A DNA stretch of 63,865 nt, filler included, from Reticulomyxa filosa (taxonomy: Eukaryota; Protista; Foraminifera), in the NCBI GenBank assembly GCA_000512085.1. It is 22 parts of 22 records of this genome, joined end to end, with 100 filler letters (N's around TTAATTAATTAA, not from the genome) between each part and the next. Parts side by side here need not be neighbours in the genome. Positions count along the whole stretch, not along the records: positions 12,608 to 14,176 come from ASPP01022410.1; positions 14,277 to 15,416 come from ASPP01044039.1; positions 15,517 to 17,826 come from ASPP01017605.1; positions 17,927 to 19,470 come from ASPP01019631.1; positions 19,571 to 21,415 come from ASPP01041696.1; positions 21,516 to 24,825 come from ASPP01018267.1; 16 more parts are not named here. One strand, given 5' to 3'. The notes under the pieces are model-generated. The model saw only the letters and a list, made by a program, of their open reading frames with translations. It was not told the origin of the DNA and did not search any database. The position numbers and the translations under genes are program-made. Numbering within the stretch: the stretch's first letter is position 1; every line of letters begins with the position of its first letter. This document shows, piece by piece, positions 12,508-24,925 of this stretch.

Positions 12508-14539
12508 NNNNNNNNNNNNNNNNNNNNNNNNNNNNNNNNNNNNNNNNNNNNTTAATTAATTAANNNNNNNNNNNNNNNNNNNNNNNNNNNNNNNNNNNNN
12601 NNNNNNNGTTAAAGTTGGTGTATGTTATAATAGAAATTGGTGATGTGCTGTTTCATTATCGTCGTGATGGAGTTTGTGATTTCTTGTGGTTCGAGTGTAT
12701 CATTATCGTCTGCACACAAATGGACAAACCAAGCATCAACAACTGCATCAGTAATTCAATATCGCGTTCATCAACTTAAATCCAGAAGTATCAACATCAA
12801 TGTTCCTGGCAAGACCTCCAACAATGCAACTCACAGCAGTCAACTGGAGGTTATATCCGTCAAAGTGTATACTATCAAGTGGGCTGCGTTATGGACGGAA
12901 TATGATGATAATGACACAGCAGACAGTGTCACAATTTTTTTTACTAATGTACGTCCAATCCAACTGCTGTTCCAAAGACTTTACTTTTTCGCAGACGCCA
13001 ACATATAGAATACACGTATTGCGATCCAATCTCAAGTCGTTCGTTTTTTTGTTAGAACATGATGAACGCAATTTGTATAAATGACCTGAGGTTTCATACT
13101 ACGTTATGCAAAATCACAAGAACAATCTACTATCAGACAAACTCTCCAGCTCCACAGCATATAGGCATTTCATAAAATCAATCACGACACCACAAGCCAG
13201 TTACTAGTAATAACAGCATCACACCGTCCATTTCCATTGGTCCAAGTATTAATCTAAATACTCGATTTCTTGAAGAAAGATCGCAGTCCGAACAAATCAC
13301 ACTTACATGCTCTTTGCAACAATCGATTTGCAGTTCTATTAAATCCATAATTGCCGATAGAATATGGATACTTCAATTTGCAACGACGCAGGATCTCAAT
13401 TATTGCAGCATTGGAACATCTTCACAAATTGGACATTGCCTCCAAGGTGTCATATCAAGACACGAATGAGCAACCCTCACTCCAATCAAGTAATCCCCTA
13501 GCCAAAAGAGGATATCAATGGCATAACGAAAGTGGTTGCAATTATTGCTGGCACACATGAAAAGCCAGTCATGTCCATATAACCAATCAAAATGAATTCA
13601 AGCACTTCTTCTTTCATCAACATCATCGATCCCCTCCACAATAATCTTCAATTGGTGAGTTATTATTTGGCTCTTTTTGTGTTTACTGCAGATTGAAGCA
13701 AACCAAAAGATGCATGTGCTAAGAATAAGAATAATATTCACACGAAACATTGCAAGTGAAGGCGCTATGAATTATCAAAAGGTTACCCAAAGCAGCGTCG
13801 ACGTATAATGCACACTATTTGCAGACTATATCTTGGTTGTTGTGCAAGCACTGAATTCTTGGATGTGTGAAAAGCGTCAGATAGTATTGGCACTATTGTA
13901 AATACTTGAATTGTGTACTCATTGCTTATGCTGCCCAGATTATATCATCTCCAAATTGTGTCACCATTGAACGTATTAACATGAAAACTCATTAATATCG
14001 TCGTCGAATATAGTGTTATTAAATGAAGGTATTGCAAGAAAAAACATTTTGAACACAATGTCGTATGTGGAAACGTGACAACAAATAAGATGTAGATTAA
14101 ACTCAATAACCTTGGAAACTTATCAACAAATTGATCAAGCATCATCTGAGGAGCAAGCCACAATTACATTGTTGATNNNNNNNNNNNNNNNNNNNNNNNN
14201 NNNNNNNNNNNNNNNNNNNNTTAATTAATTAANNNNNNNNNNNNNNNNNNNNNNNNNNNNNNNNNNNNNNNNNNNNTTTTTTTTTTTTTTTTGCTAAAAA
14301 GAAAAAAAGGAAAGAAGAAATCCGAAAATTTTTCTTTCAAAAAAAACAAAACAAAACAAAAACGTATATAGTTTCGAATGCAGCTGTTGCTGGGACAAGA
14401 GCAGCATGTGTCGAACTTTCCAACACATTGGTAGATGCTGCATCGAAAACGGAGATTGGTCAAAAAATTCAAAGTTTTGTAATGTGCAGTGATAAACGTA
14501 TATATATATGTACATTATACATACATATATTTATCTATG

Positions 14540-14825
14540 TTCGGATATAGACGACCAAAGTGAGGAAATGAAAACGGCAAAAGAGGTTGGAAAGGTGACG
14601 CTGCAAGGCATCCTCTCGATTTACAAAGAGTTGGACGCAGCTGCGTTGGTGTTGATTGGCGAAGTAGCAGATGCTGGTGCGGATGTGGCGAAATACAAGT
14701 ATGATGATGAAGTCGGCGAGGTAGCGGATGAAACTGCCACCATTGCCAAAAACTCCGCGGCAGTGTCTACTAATATGGGTCATTTATCTCTACAACAGTT
14801 TGCTGGTTTATATCAATATTCATAG
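14540..14825 (+). CDS. Senescence/spartin-associated domain, last exon
   Basis: VGKVTLQGILSIYKELDAAA...ADVAKYKYDDEVGEVADE resembles the spartin C-terminal senescence domain (…LQGFSTVW..LE.AA…V.YKYG..AGE). Confidence 0.65.
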
Positions 14826-15330
14826 CATATATTTTTTCGTTTGATATTTCTTTTATGAGCGCTTGTAGAGATTGTGGGTTGTTTTGTGTGACAAGTATGG
14901 CCGAAGCCTCAATGCATGCCAGTATCGCTCCACTAGTCATAGTGAAGATACGTTGACACGTAGCCATTGCAGAAAAGAAGTCGATAGATTTGAGCTGTAT
15001 TGGTGTGGTTGTGACTGTTGTATGAGTGATTATAGCACCAAAATCGTCTATGGCCAAAGAGACCTTGCCTTGTCGAAGTGCACAATGACAATTGGAAAGA
15101 TCAATTTTTCGGTGGAGATAATCTTTCATTTGCCTGTGAGTAGTCTGCACTTCAATCCCAACAACTCCAGCAAATGAATCATCAAAGACAAAAATGGCAT
15201 TGTCTGTGCAATGAACGACAAGACAATTCAGTAATGTCACCCTTGTGACAAAGAAGGGGAGATTTGTATGCGTCTGTGCCATTTCTACAATTTGATTCAT
15301 TGTGACGATCAGCGCATCTCTAATTGAACA
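14770..15330 (-). CDS. Terminal exon of hypothetical protein
   Basis: About 185 stop-free codons of ordinary composition, downstream of a poly-T/A intron-like tract. No family recognised. Confidence 0.45.
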   Translation of the reverse strand, partial: CSIRDALIVTMNQIVEMAQTHTNLPFFVTRVTLLNCLVVHCTDNAIFVFDDSFAGVVGIEVQTTHRQMKDYLHRKIDLSNCHCALRQGKVSLAIDDFGAIITHTTVTTTPIQLKSIDFFSAMATCQRIFTMTSGAILACIEASAILVTQNNPQSLQALIKEISNEKIYAMNIDINQQTVVEINDPY

Positions 15331-15381
15331 TTGCGATAATTTTTTTTTTTTTTGTTTAAAAAAAAAAAAATCAGTTCCCAC

Positions 15382-15416
<35 letters not shown>

Positions 15417-15516
15417 NNNNNNNNNNNNNNNNNNNNNNNNNNNNNNNNNNNNNNNNNNNNTTAATTAATTAANNNNNNNNNNNNNNNNNNNNNNNNNNNN
15501 NNNNNNNNNNNNNNNN

Positions 15517-15682
15517 CAACCTAGGAAAAACTTATCATAAAACCAATTTCATATTTAAAAACTACAAGATTAGTAGATATTTTTTTAAAAAAATTTTGAT
15601 TAAATGTTGTTTTTTCATGGAAAAACACAATCATCTCTATAAGGTGGCATTTTAGGTGTCAACTTTCTTTTTTATCCTACTG
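15517..15682 (-). mobile_element. MITE-family copy ending ...CCTACTG|TA
   Basis: Shares TAAATGTTG-TTTTTCAT-GA-AAA...TTTTAGG-GT-CA-TTTCTTT...CCTACTGTA with 40435-40520, and TTAAAAACTACAAGATT with ~26830. Confidence 0.6.
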
Positions 15683-16206
15683 TACTTTGATACTTTAGCA
15701 GATTTTGTTTGGTTATTCAATGTGTGAACGTTACACTTCGACACAAACAAAAATTGACCTTAATAGCATTATTAGTGCATTGCCACAATAGTGCGAACAC
15801 ACTCAAAAATATTTGCGTATGTGGACTCGCAACAAGGAACTTGTGCTATCGCAGAAGATATCTGGTTGCATAATGTGCAAATGCCTTGGAGGTTGGCACT
15901 TGAGGAAATATGATTTTTTTATTGCGTTTTTAATCCTTTGAATGCTTCGCCTGAAGACTAACTGTGCTGTGTCTTTCTTCCATAACAAAATGTATTGAAA
16001 AAAAATCATTATATGCAAACGCTTGAGTCAGAAAAGACAAACCAAGAAAATTGAAAGAAAGAATTCAGTTTGATCACTTGCCATTATCCAAAATCTAAAT
16101 TCAATTTTTTTGGTTTTTCTTTAAAATTTCGAGGCTTGTGTCGAGCTAAAAAAAAAAAGGGGTTGTGCTTTGAAGAAGCAGTAAAAAAGCTAAAATTTAA
16201 TGTAAC

Positions 16207-17776
16207 ATGAACCGGTTTTTAACTTTCTTTTGGTTGGCGATTATTTGGTTTTGGTGGGCCCATTTTTGCAGTTTTTTTTATTGAAAGACTCAACATTGTG
16301 TTTCTTTTTTTTTTGTTTGAAACTGTTCGAGATCAAATTGAAATAAAACGACAAAAGTGAGTCAAACATCGGATTTGCCTGAATCAGAGATGAGTGCATT
16401 GCTATGCTTTTATAATGCAACATCTGGACTGAATTGGAACATTTCCTCAAATGATGGATGTTCATTTGAAGGAGTGACTTGTGCTTCTGAAGATGGGCAA
16501 CTCACTGTAACTGATCTTATCCTACTCAGCCAATCTCTATCTGGAACAATACCTCCTTGTGTGGCAAATCTCACCAACTTGCGATACTTGATTTTGACCG
16601 ACAATTTTTTGAAAGGCACCATTCCCTCCGAAATTGGGTATACTTTTCGAAGGGGAGGAGCAAATGAAACATACCAACAAAAATTTTTTGTTCAAAAAAA
16701 AAAATGATAGCCAACTTTCAAGACTGATAGAATTGGAATTGGACCGCAATAAGTTTTATTTATTTATTTTGTTTTTTTTTTTTTTATTAAAAAAAATTCT
16801 TTCTTATAAATAGATTGACAGGGACAATACCAAGAGAGATCGGAAATTTAACTAATTTGCAATTTTTGTATACGTATTTAAAGTTGATACATATACACTT
16901 ACCTACATGCATATATCTGTACGATGCACTGTCTATTATTTTTTTTTTAAGTGTGCAGAATATGTTTTTTAAATGTTTAGCCACTTAAGTGGGTCAATTC
17001 CATCGGAAATCGGAAATTTAGCCAATCTCCTATTTTTGGATTTGGGTGCTAATCGGTGAGTTTTTTTTTTGCAAGTCTTTGGGTGGTTTGAATAAGTCTT
17101 TGACTCTACCCTTTTTTTTGTTTTGTAGGCTCTCCGGTACAATACCGAAAGAGATTGAGAATCTGGTTGCATTGAAGTATATGTTTCTCGAGCAAAATAA
17201 ATTAATTGGTACAATACCACCAGAAATTGGCAATCTTAGAAATTTGAAATATATTGTTTTGAATGGTAATAAGTTATGTAAAAAAAAAAAAAAAAAAAGT
17301 GTTTGAAATTTTAGGGGGGAGAATTGTCTTTTTTTTTTATTTAAAAAAAAAAAAGATTGAACGGTACAATACCACCAGAGATTGGAAATTTGATTAACAT
17401 GCAAATTATACAAATGTATTCAATGAAGTTGAGACGTATATATTTATGCATATTTGTACGTATATGTATATATGGGATTGTTTTTTTTTTTATGTACAAC
17501 AACTGCATATCTTTTATTTGTGAAAAGGGATTAATTGGGGTTTGTTTTTGGCTTGATGTAAGTAACATAAGTGGCACAATTCCACCGGAAATTGGAAAAT
17601 TGACTAATTTGACAGAATTGACATTGACTTCTAGCCAGTTGAGTAAACGGAGTTGCTTTGTGTAGGATTCATTCACGTACTTTGTGGTGATGTTTATGAA
17701 AAGGGTGAATGGTAGTATACCTCTGGAACTGTGTAATTTAAAGCAATTGCGGTTATGTTATTTGTTTGAGAATCAG
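16207..17776 (+). CDS. Secreted/receptor-type leucine-rich-repeat protein (plant-type LxGxIPxEIGNLxxL), multi-exon, 3'-truncated
   Basis: Signal-like MNRFLTFFWLAIIWFWW, then an LRRNT cap (ALLCFYNAT..W....GCSFEGVTC) and at least 9 LRRs of 24 aa. Phase-2 GT-AG introns fall at almost the same position in successive repeats. Confidence 0.88.
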
Positions 17777-17787
17777 TTGAAATTATT

Positions 17788-17826
<39 letters not shown>

Positions 17827-17945
17827 NNNNNNNNNNNNNNNNNNNNNNNNNNNNNNNNNNNNNNNNNNNNTTAATTAATTAANNNNNNNNNNNNNNNNNN
17901 NNNNNNNNNNNNNNNNNNNNNNNNNNAAAAAAAAAAAAAAAAGAA

Positions 17946-19470
17946 TTGACTCAAACATTAACAACTTCCCCACTGCTGCCTCACGGACTGTATTTATCTG
18001 GCAATCGGTTTGCTCAGAGCGACAAATGGTGGAACGCGTTTTCAACGAAGGAGCTGCCCAAGTATGTGTCTTCGAGCGAGCGCAACGCGCAGAATTTGTA
18101 CATCCCCACCACCACGCAGTCGCTGCAGTGCTTCCTCATTGCTGTGTCACTCGTCGTCATCGTCGCCGTGTTTGCATGCAAGGTGCCTCGTCTGAAGCGT
18201 CTTCTCCACAGCTTTTTGCTTATGCACCAGTCCAATGGTTTTCTCGAGCAATTGGAGGTATTGTTGTTTTTTAAAAAATAAATAAATAAATAAATAAAAA
18301 TACACACATTTAGAGAGGATTGTGACACGTTATACATTATATATGTATATGTACATGTATATATATATATATGTACATGTATATGTATACGTATGTACGT
18401 ATACATATGCACATAATTGGCAAATAACAACAACAGTAATAATAAATAATAATAATAATAAAAGTTATCATATAATTTGTTGAGCAAATGGGATGTGATG
18501 ATCGTGACAACGCTATTGGTAATTCTGTACTACCACTTTGCTGGACACTACTCTCAAGGCTACCCGTTGGCACGTGTGTCGATATCCTACTTTGAGACGT
18601 CCTCCGTCGCCGTGAGCGTCACGCTGGTGCTGGTGGTGCTCATTGTAAATGCCATCATTCTCTACACGACCATTAGTTTGCTGTTCTACTCGCAGTCTTG
18701 GAAAAGCAAGTTACAGTCCATGGCCGAACATAATGGGGATGACATCTCCAGTATCAATCAAGAAAACGAAGAGGAAAAGGATGAGTATGAGGAAGAGGAG
18801 AAGAAAGAGGAGGATAAAAAAAAAGGAAACGCAAATGATGACAATGATAATGAGAAGGAATTGCAAGTGGGGTCAATGCTGCAACGTCAATCATCACAGC
18901 AATCACAACAGCATTCCCATTATCACTCGCACCTTCATGACGACAATGGCGATGAGAAAGCTAGCAATAGAGATTATTATAACCGCGAGGAACATAACAA
19001 CGATAAAGACCAAGCCAATCCCGAGTCGATGAAAATGTTTGAAGTGGTGGAGCTATATTCCAAAGCGGGATTGGATCTGTTGCTGCAATGGACCTTTTGT
19101 TGCTTTTTATGGCTGACGTCGCTGTTTTGTGTCGTTGCTTATTTCGCGTGGCAGTCCATGCCCAGAGACAATACTTTTTTATCCAACGTAGGCAAGTTCC
19201 ATATTTGGTTCATTGTTGTGGAAAAAGGGCTCGCTATCATTTTGTCCATGCACAATATTTTCATTGTTCCTAATTTGTCCATTACAAGTATTCAAATGAT
19301 GTTGGCTTGCTTGCACAAATGTCCTCGCATTTCTTGTCGACGACATACTTGCAATACTCTCCCTGCACTTTGTTGTTGTTCTTGTTGTTGCTGTTCTTGT
19401 TGTTCTTGTTGTTCTTGTTGTAACAATGATGATAATAACGACAATGATAATAACAACAATGATGATCACA
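17946..19470 (+). CDS. Last-LRR/cap plus multi-TM membrane protein, partial
   Basis: LYLSGNRF (LRR-like) is followed by hydrophobic helices across exons ~17946-18257 and ~18485-19470, an acidic loop and a Cys-rich tract. Confidence 0.6.
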
Positions 19471-19570
19471 NNNNNNNNNNNNNNNNNNNNNNNNNNNNNN
19501 NNNNNNNNNNNNNNTTAATTAATTAANNNNNNNNNNNNNNNNNNNNNNNNNNNNNNNNNNNNNNNNNNNN

Positions 19571-20114
19571 TAATGCTAATGCTGCGGAAGATGCAAAAAA
19601 GAAGAGGAGCTCCACTGTCGTGACCAAATCCCCAGTCATCCGCGATTACAAACACGCCGTCGGCATTTTAAAGTTTTGGCTGAAAAACTTGGTCGAACCG
19701 ATCATCCCATATCACTTGTATTCCAAGTGTTTGCTGTTCGAAAAGGAAATTGTTGGCTATGTGCGTCGTCGAGCTCAGCGCAAGTCTCTCAAGCTGTATT
19801 CACATCAAATGCGCAATGGTGTTCACCACTTCCCTTTACACAACGAATTGGACAGTGAAGAGGATAATGACAATGATCATGATCATGACCATGACAACGA
19901 TAACGATAATGATCGTGGTAACAATAATAATAATAATAGTAATAAAAATAGATCATCAATAATATCACCTTCATCAAATAATGTTGGTGTTGTTAATTCA
20001 ACCAACAGCGATGAGCCAGAGCATGGTCCTTACAATAAAAACTATGTCCAACACCAATTTTCTTCGCAAAGACGAGAGGGGGCGGGAAGGGAGGAGTGGA
20101 AAAAATTACAGATT
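19571..20114 (+). CDS. RhoGAP-domain protein fragment
   Basis: DYKHAVGILKFWLKNLVEPIIPYHLY matches the RhoGAP motif D.H.VA.LLK.FLR.LPEPLIP..LY. The exon ends at a GTAAG donor near 20115. Confidence 0.7.
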
Positions 20115-22039
20115 GTAAGCTTTTGGTTGTTCTTTTTTTTTTCTTCTCTTTTGCTTGGTTGTGCAAGAATATACTTTTTTTTACATATTTCTTGGAGTGT
20201 TTGCCAAAGAATTTTGCACTACTGTTAAATCGCACAAATTTCTTCATGCTTTGTCAATTTAAAAGAAAGAGCTATGTCTTCCTTACAGGATACCCGTGCA
20301 TCCAGTAAAAATGAAAGCACTGCAGACCTTATGTCTTTATTGATATTGGTATTAGCCAATAATAGATTTTTTAAAAAATGACAATGATTTTATCCATAAA
20401 ATTTACTTTATAGTTATCAAAAGCCAGTTGATTTTCTTTATCAAAAGAGTTGCTTTTTCAAAGGTATTACATTTCAAGGTGAAAATAGACTTGAATAATC
20501 AAAAATGTTCAATTTCAGAATTTTTTTGCGAGAAGTCTAAAGAGATGAGAAGATATCAGGTGAGCGGAAATTGGACGTTAAATTATCTTTGCGAAAAAAA
20601 TATCACAAAGAAGCAACGGTTCACACAAAAAGACAAATTTCTTAAGCAAAAATTTGAGCAATTGTTAAATATGAAACCTTACGACCGAATAATGCCACCA
20701 ACCTTAGAGTTACTTGAACTTCACTTCGCTCTTGCTTGCTGGCACTGCAACCACTTTCCAATTTCTCGACAAACAAGTCTTGTGTTCTTTGGAAATCTAT
20801 GTTATATATTTGTGTATTGATCATAATATTTCAAATATTTTTCAATTACATTGTAAGAAAATATTATAACTTGGAATATGGGTTGAATATAATCAGCTCA
20901 CCACCCTTTCAAATTGTCAATTTTCTTTCAATCAATCATGCCCACGTTACATTTGATATGGACCTTTTTTTTAATAAAAAAAAATTATACGTCATTCAAA
21001 GCGCAATATCATGATCCATAATCGATACACGCCGTCATCAAAATTGATTTTTGTTCAGTAATGAACAAGTGAATTTCATTGGAGAAATAGCAGGCGCATA
21101 TGCTGTAGTGTGACTCCATAATTTGATATTTTAGATTTCCGTGCAATTCGACTACGATGTTGCCCAACTTCTTTACTTTCATGTATCGCAACAATCATCG
21201 ATACTGCTGATATTACTACTGCCACTATTGCTGCTGTTGCTGGGGACTCTCTGCAGCACCAATGACAATGTAACAGCAACAACATGTTCATCTGCATTCC
21301 AAAATTTCATGTAGCGTACCTCAATCTCCGTTTGTACACTTTGAAATATCTATTCAAGATTTCAAGTGACACATAAATGTATAATCAATATACGTATAAT
21401 TTACATAAAAAAAAANNNNNNNNNNNNNNNNNNNNNNNNNNNNNNNNNNNNNNNNNNNNTTAATTAATTAANNNNNNNNNNNNNNNNNNNNNNNNNNNNN
21501 NNNNNNNNNNNNNNNTTCTTTATTATTTGCAAAAAACCAAATTTTGAACATTTAATAATATATGATTTTTGAATTAATTAAAATATAATTATATGATTAG
21601 AGAAAAGTAAAATGATTATACATAAAGTTTAAGTAAAAATGAAAATTGGTATTTGATATTTTTGAAAGTTAATTATATTTGAAACATATTGTAAATCATA
21701 TTGATGTTGCAATCATTTTCAAATTGTTAGAATTTGTGATAATTGAATACGTAGTAGTATCATGATGAAAAGTAATTGCTATACTAATGCATTTTGCATT
21801 TTCTTTAGATAAATAATTGACTATTTGCATTGCTTGTTTTATATTAAGTTCTTTTTTTCTTAAGATTTATGATTATTAATTTCACTTTTATATAATCATG
21901 CAAATTATAAAAAAATAATTTCAAGTATTCCACAAATTATACAATATCAATATAAAATGTATATATTATCTGAATCCTGAGTTTTTTTCATATATAAAAT
22001 ATATTAACATAAAAGTGTTTTTAAGGATCTGTACACACC

Positions 22040-22545
22040 TTGTTTGATAAGTCAATTATCCTTCAATGATACAAAAGCTACAACTTTTTTATAAAGGTTG
22101 AAAACTACTTTATCAACAGCTCAATATTTTCGAAAACGGATCCGTTCAATTGACAAGTTCTACAGTCCAAAAAAAATGACAGTTGCAATAGTTTCATTGC
22201 AGTTGCACACAAAAGCATAACCAAAGACAGTAGTGAATTGGAAATGTTGTCATGTAATGAAAACAATGACAGCAAACAGTATTTCACAACAATTCATTGG
22301 TGGTAGTTACAAATAGAACAATTGCTATTCACGGTGGCAATGAAAAAGAAAAACTAAAATGATGGATTCAGTACAAAGTATGCATAAGATTAAGGCTTTT
22401 CAGGGTGTCTTGTAATACATTCATATTATCATTTTCTGGATTATCAATAGTTTTGGCTAGTATCGAATTATCAATATGAAAATAAATTTGTAAAGTGTAA
22501 AAAGACTATAATTCAACATTATTATACAGTGGAAAAAAAGATTTA
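22040..22545 (+). pseudogene. Older decayed duplicate of the 23820-24330 segment
   Basis: Colinear matches: CAACAGCTC..GAAAA-GG-TC-GTTCAA-TGA, GTTTCATTGCAGT-GCACACAAAA, GAATTGGAAATGT-GTCATG and ACATTATT-TAC. Confidence 0.7.
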
Positions 22546-23346
22546 GACAAACAATTTTTTCGTTGTTGAGATAATTGCAACATTATTCAGAATAAAACAA
22601 AATTTAAAAAATAATTTTTCAAAAAATGACTCTTTATCAAAAAGTATTTATTCTCATGTATAAAAGAAAAAAAAACAAACATGAGAAATAATACGATTAT
22701 TAAAAAAAAAACTGTCATTATTATTTCAAAAAATTTTTCTTTATTAACTTCGGCTCAAGAAAAAAAAGAAAACTCTCCATATACAAATAAGAATGAATTC
22801 TTTAAACAATACAAGCTGTCACACTTCAATGCTAAAATAATAATTATAATTATAACTTTATTTTTTTCATATTGATAGTGTAATAAAAGTGTAATTGTTT
22901 CAAATTGTAAATACTTTAAATAGACGATTTTTTTTACAAAATTGTAAATTTGTTTCAACAAAAGTATATTATTTGATTGGAATTATTCAATCAACTTTTT
23001 GCTCTTTTATTCTTAATTTTGTATTGTGTTAGTTTTTTAATCGTCATTAAGACAACTCTTTTATGTATATTGATATCAAAAACAACTTGCAAAAAAGTTT
23101 AAAATGTTTTCTTTATAATGTTTGCTTATTTATTCGCGACTCATTTGCCCTTTTAGTTTCCTCAGTTTTTGAATTATAATATTTGCATTCAATGCACTTA
23201 AATTTGATGTAAATCGGTAGAAAATATATTTGGTCTATCAGAATACAATAAAAGTGTAGTTCTAATAATATGATGAGATGATGTAGCGACAAGTTTGGGG
23301 GTTGAACTCACAAAATTTATAAAAGGGCATTTCATAGGACGTGGGT

Positions 23347-24650
23347 TTATGAACATGAATAGCCATTGCCAGAAAAATGGAAAATCGATGCTATATCGAC
23401 GAAGAAAAGCAACAGCGTGCGAATTGCTGAGCTACCACCAAAGATCAACCTTCGATTCACAAAACCAGTTTTCCACGAACACCAAGAACAAATAAACATA
23501 ATAGAACAAGAAGCCCTGAAAATATTCCAGGAGCAAAAACGTCTAGCTGAACATATATGCACATTAGACAAGGCGAACGAAAACGCCATAAACACGATTG
23601 AAGATTTTTTTGGTGATATCATACAATTACTGAAGCTAAAAAATAAGCAAGCGTTGGACCAAGTAAATCAATATGCACAAGAAAAGAAGATGAGAATTGT
23701 GGCGTATTCACAACAACTTCAATTTTTTTTGCAACAAACGCAAGAAAAAATAAAAGTAATTGAATCGTTTGAAACACATACAAGATTGAACCAGTGCTTT
23801 TCAATTTGGATCCACAAATGTCCAATTTTGACGTATCTATTAACATTCAATTACGTCATAATTACAACAAATTTTTTCTAACATTTGAACAGCTAATTGA
23901 GCAACAGCTCGCTATTATTGAAAAAGGGTCTGTTCAACTGAACATTTCCAACATCCAAAAAAGAAGCGACAGTAAGCAACTGGTTTCATTGCAGTGGCAC
24001 ACAAAAAATGTAATCGAAGGCAATGGCTCATTGGAATTGGAAATGTCGTCATGCAACGGAGACAAGGACAACAAACAGTGTACAAATGTGATTATTCTAG
24101 TGTAAAGTACATTTGGAACCATAGAAATTAATAGTGATGAAAAAGGATAAGAAGTTCAATGGGATAATACGTATAAAGTACAAATACGGTTTTGCCTTTT
24201 TGGAATTTCATACACAAACTTTTCAGATTATTATATCCTATGCATTAACAATCATTTTGTCGACTCGCAGATCGTCAAAAACGAAGAAATAAGTACGTTG
24301 AAAACATTATTACCAAAAAAGTACACTGAGACAACATTATTGTACCGCTGAAGTAATGACAACTTCCTTGCAAGCAAATTCCACGAAAAGTGCAACGGAA
24401 AAGCGCCGACAGTTGTTCTGGTGTTATCTGAATTTGCCCATGTTTTTGGTGCGTATACGGAAGTGAAATGGTGTGGTCGTATAACAGAAAATGTGGTTAC
24501 GCATGATCCTTATGCATTTATATTTTTGTTGCGGAATACAGATAATAGTTGTCAAAAATTTGCAATCCAAAAGGAATATGTAAACAATACGATTTCGTCG
24601 GGCAGAACACATGGCCCAATATTTGGTAGGAAAAAAAAAGACAGATAGAG
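23347..24650 (+). pseudogene. Coiled-coil + TLDc-domain gene with in-frame stops and frameshifts
   Basis: Coiled-coil ORF 23366-23881. The TLDc pattern LLYR*SNDNFLASKFHEKCNGKAPTVVLVLSEFAHVFGAYT..W...D..AFIFLL...GPIFG has a premature TGA at ~24349. Confidence 0.75.
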
Positions 24651-24925
24651 AGTGTGTTTTTCTTTTATTTTATTTTTTGTATCAATTGAATAGGCGAAGG
24701 ACCTGACATTTTTATTAGTGACAAATGCAATACAAACGCGCACTTTTTAAATATCATTTTGGTTTTTTATCACATCTTTCCTAATTATTTTAATATTTTA
24801 TCCTTTATTTTTCTTTTCTTTTTTTNNNNNNNNNNNNNNNNNNNNNNNNNNNNNNNNNNNNNNNNNNNNTTAATTAATTAANNNNNNNNNNNNNNNNNNN
24901 NNNNNNNNNNNNNNNNNNNNNNNNN

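Noticed and set aside
13351-13560. ALEHLHKLDI as a protein kinase subdomain VI
   Set aside because: No HRD/DLK, DFG or APE nearby. At most an unrecognisable relic.
24340-24360. In-frame TGA in the TLDc domain as selenocysteine or an alternative genetic code
   Set aside because: The position is normally Gly/Ala, so a GGA>TGA change is likely. The gene has other lesions, and other genes in the window appear to end at TAA, TAG and TGA.
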